IMG/VR virus record: IMGVR_UViG_3300009154_000224
Span: 1-26,729 of that record
Direction: 5' to 3' (one strand)
Origin: a virus
Taxonomy: Duplodnaviria; Caudoviricetes
DNA length: 26,729 nucleotides
Positions 25,994 to 26,729 of this stretch are shown one piece after another (the stretch's first letter is position 1; every line of letters begins with the position of its first letter). A program made the position numbers and the translations under genes. Below the pieces are notes generated by a model, which saw nothing but the letters and a program-made list of their open reading frames with translations, was not told where the DNA came from and ran no database searches.

Positions 25994-26727
25994 GCTTCCT
26001 GACCCACGGCAATAGCATCCCAACGGCTATCAGCAGAGTTGTATATACATCCGACATATAGTAGTTTGCTTGCCACTGTTGTAGTTGGCAGTGTTACGCC
26101 AACAACCCTAAATGCGTTTGTTGAACCTGTTGTCCAAGTCAATGCACGAGCTGTGCCGTTGTCTTTAAACCTGAACATCATTCGTTGACCATCAGCAGGC
26201 GCAGTATTTGCATCGGCACTAATAGTCAATGCGTTAGCCAAAGCAGTTAAAGCGTATTCATCATAAGATGTGCTGTTCCAAGCCAATGGAGATGTGACGC
26301 TTGTTGTGCTGTTTACTTTGGGCTTGATGCTGGTTGTGATGTTAACCCGGCCTGCGCCTTTGGGGGTTAAGGTTATGTCAATGTCAGGATTGTTGCCGTT
26401 AACAGTTAAAACAACAGGGTTTCCTGTTTGAGAGCCTGTAATCTGAAAACGGTTTACAACAGACCCCGTATGAGTAATATCCAAATGACGAGAGTTTGCA
26501 CTCAAGTTGTTGGTATAAAAGGAAATAGAGCTTGTTGATTTGGAAGACAACAATAAGCTAATTGCTCCATCTGAGCCAGCAGAAACAATAGACGGCGAAG
26601 CAGTATTAGCAGCACCAGCTACTTGTACATAATTAACAGAATTGTCTATGTGGTTTATGTTAAATTGAGTTAATGCGCTTGTTGCTGAGTTTGTTTTAAA
26701 TGCAATTGCCGCAGCCGCACTATTTTG
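25990..26727 (-). CDS. Tail fibre protein, C-terminal part (5'-truncated)
   Basis: Manual translation shows the frame is open to the window edge (QNSAAAAIAFKTNS...). It contains about 60-aa repeats and a C-terminal DGQRMMFRFKDNGTARALTW domain. Confidence 0.7.
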   Translation of the reverse strand, partial: QNSAAAAIAFKTNSATSALTQFNINHIDNSVNYVQVAGAANTASPSIVSAGSDGAISLLLSSKSTSSISFYTNNLSANSRHLDITHTGSVVNRFQITGSQTGNPVVLTVNGNNPDIDITLTPKGAGRVNITTSIKPKVNSTTSVTSPLAWNSTSYDEYALTALANALTISADANTAPADGQRMMFRFKDNGTARALTWTTGSTNAFRVVGVTLPTTTVASKLLYVGCIYNSADSRWDAIAVGQEA

Positions 26728-26729
26728 AA

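Larger units (their letters stand above)
1..26729. mobile_element. Tailed bacteriophage genome segment (podovirus-like; T7-like replication genes with P22-like tail/ejection genes)
   Basis: Densely packed, overlapping genes for helicase, PolA, exonuclease, endonuclease I, lysin/holin, tail hub and tailspike. No cellular housekeeping context. Phage versus prophage cannot be decided from this window. Confidence 0.95.

Overview
The whole window is part of a tailed dsDNA phage genome with podovirus-like gene content. No host genes, integrase, tRNA, rRNA or CRISPR array were recognised. Two gene blocks converge at 6451-6454. The + strand block (1-6454) is a T7-like replication module: SF4 helicase C-terminus, family A DNA polymerase, putative SSB, 5'-3' exonuclease and endonuclease I, followed by small hypotheticals, a MazG-like NTP pyrophosphatase and a very acidic 70-aa protein. 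The - strand block (26729 down to 6451) is a late region: tail fibre/spike genes, a head-tail adaptor, a P22 gp10-like tail hub, a cupin, three probable DNA-ejection proteins (the largest 1469 aa with an HExxH domain), a divergent PurD-like ATP-grasp ligase, holin, GH108 endolysin and an HTH-metallophosphoesterase. The most notable observations are (1) a compact pseudoknotted RNA-like structure in the SSB-exonuclease intergenic gap, (2) an ATP-grasp ligase with remodelled substrate motifs that is translationally coupled to the ejection-protein cassette, which a cupin flanks on the other side, and (3) a candidate DNA-mimic protein with its own sigma70-like promoter. All calls come from reading motifs by eye; no searches were run. 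Several start codons were moved from the supplied ORF track using RBS or ATGA-overlap evidence.
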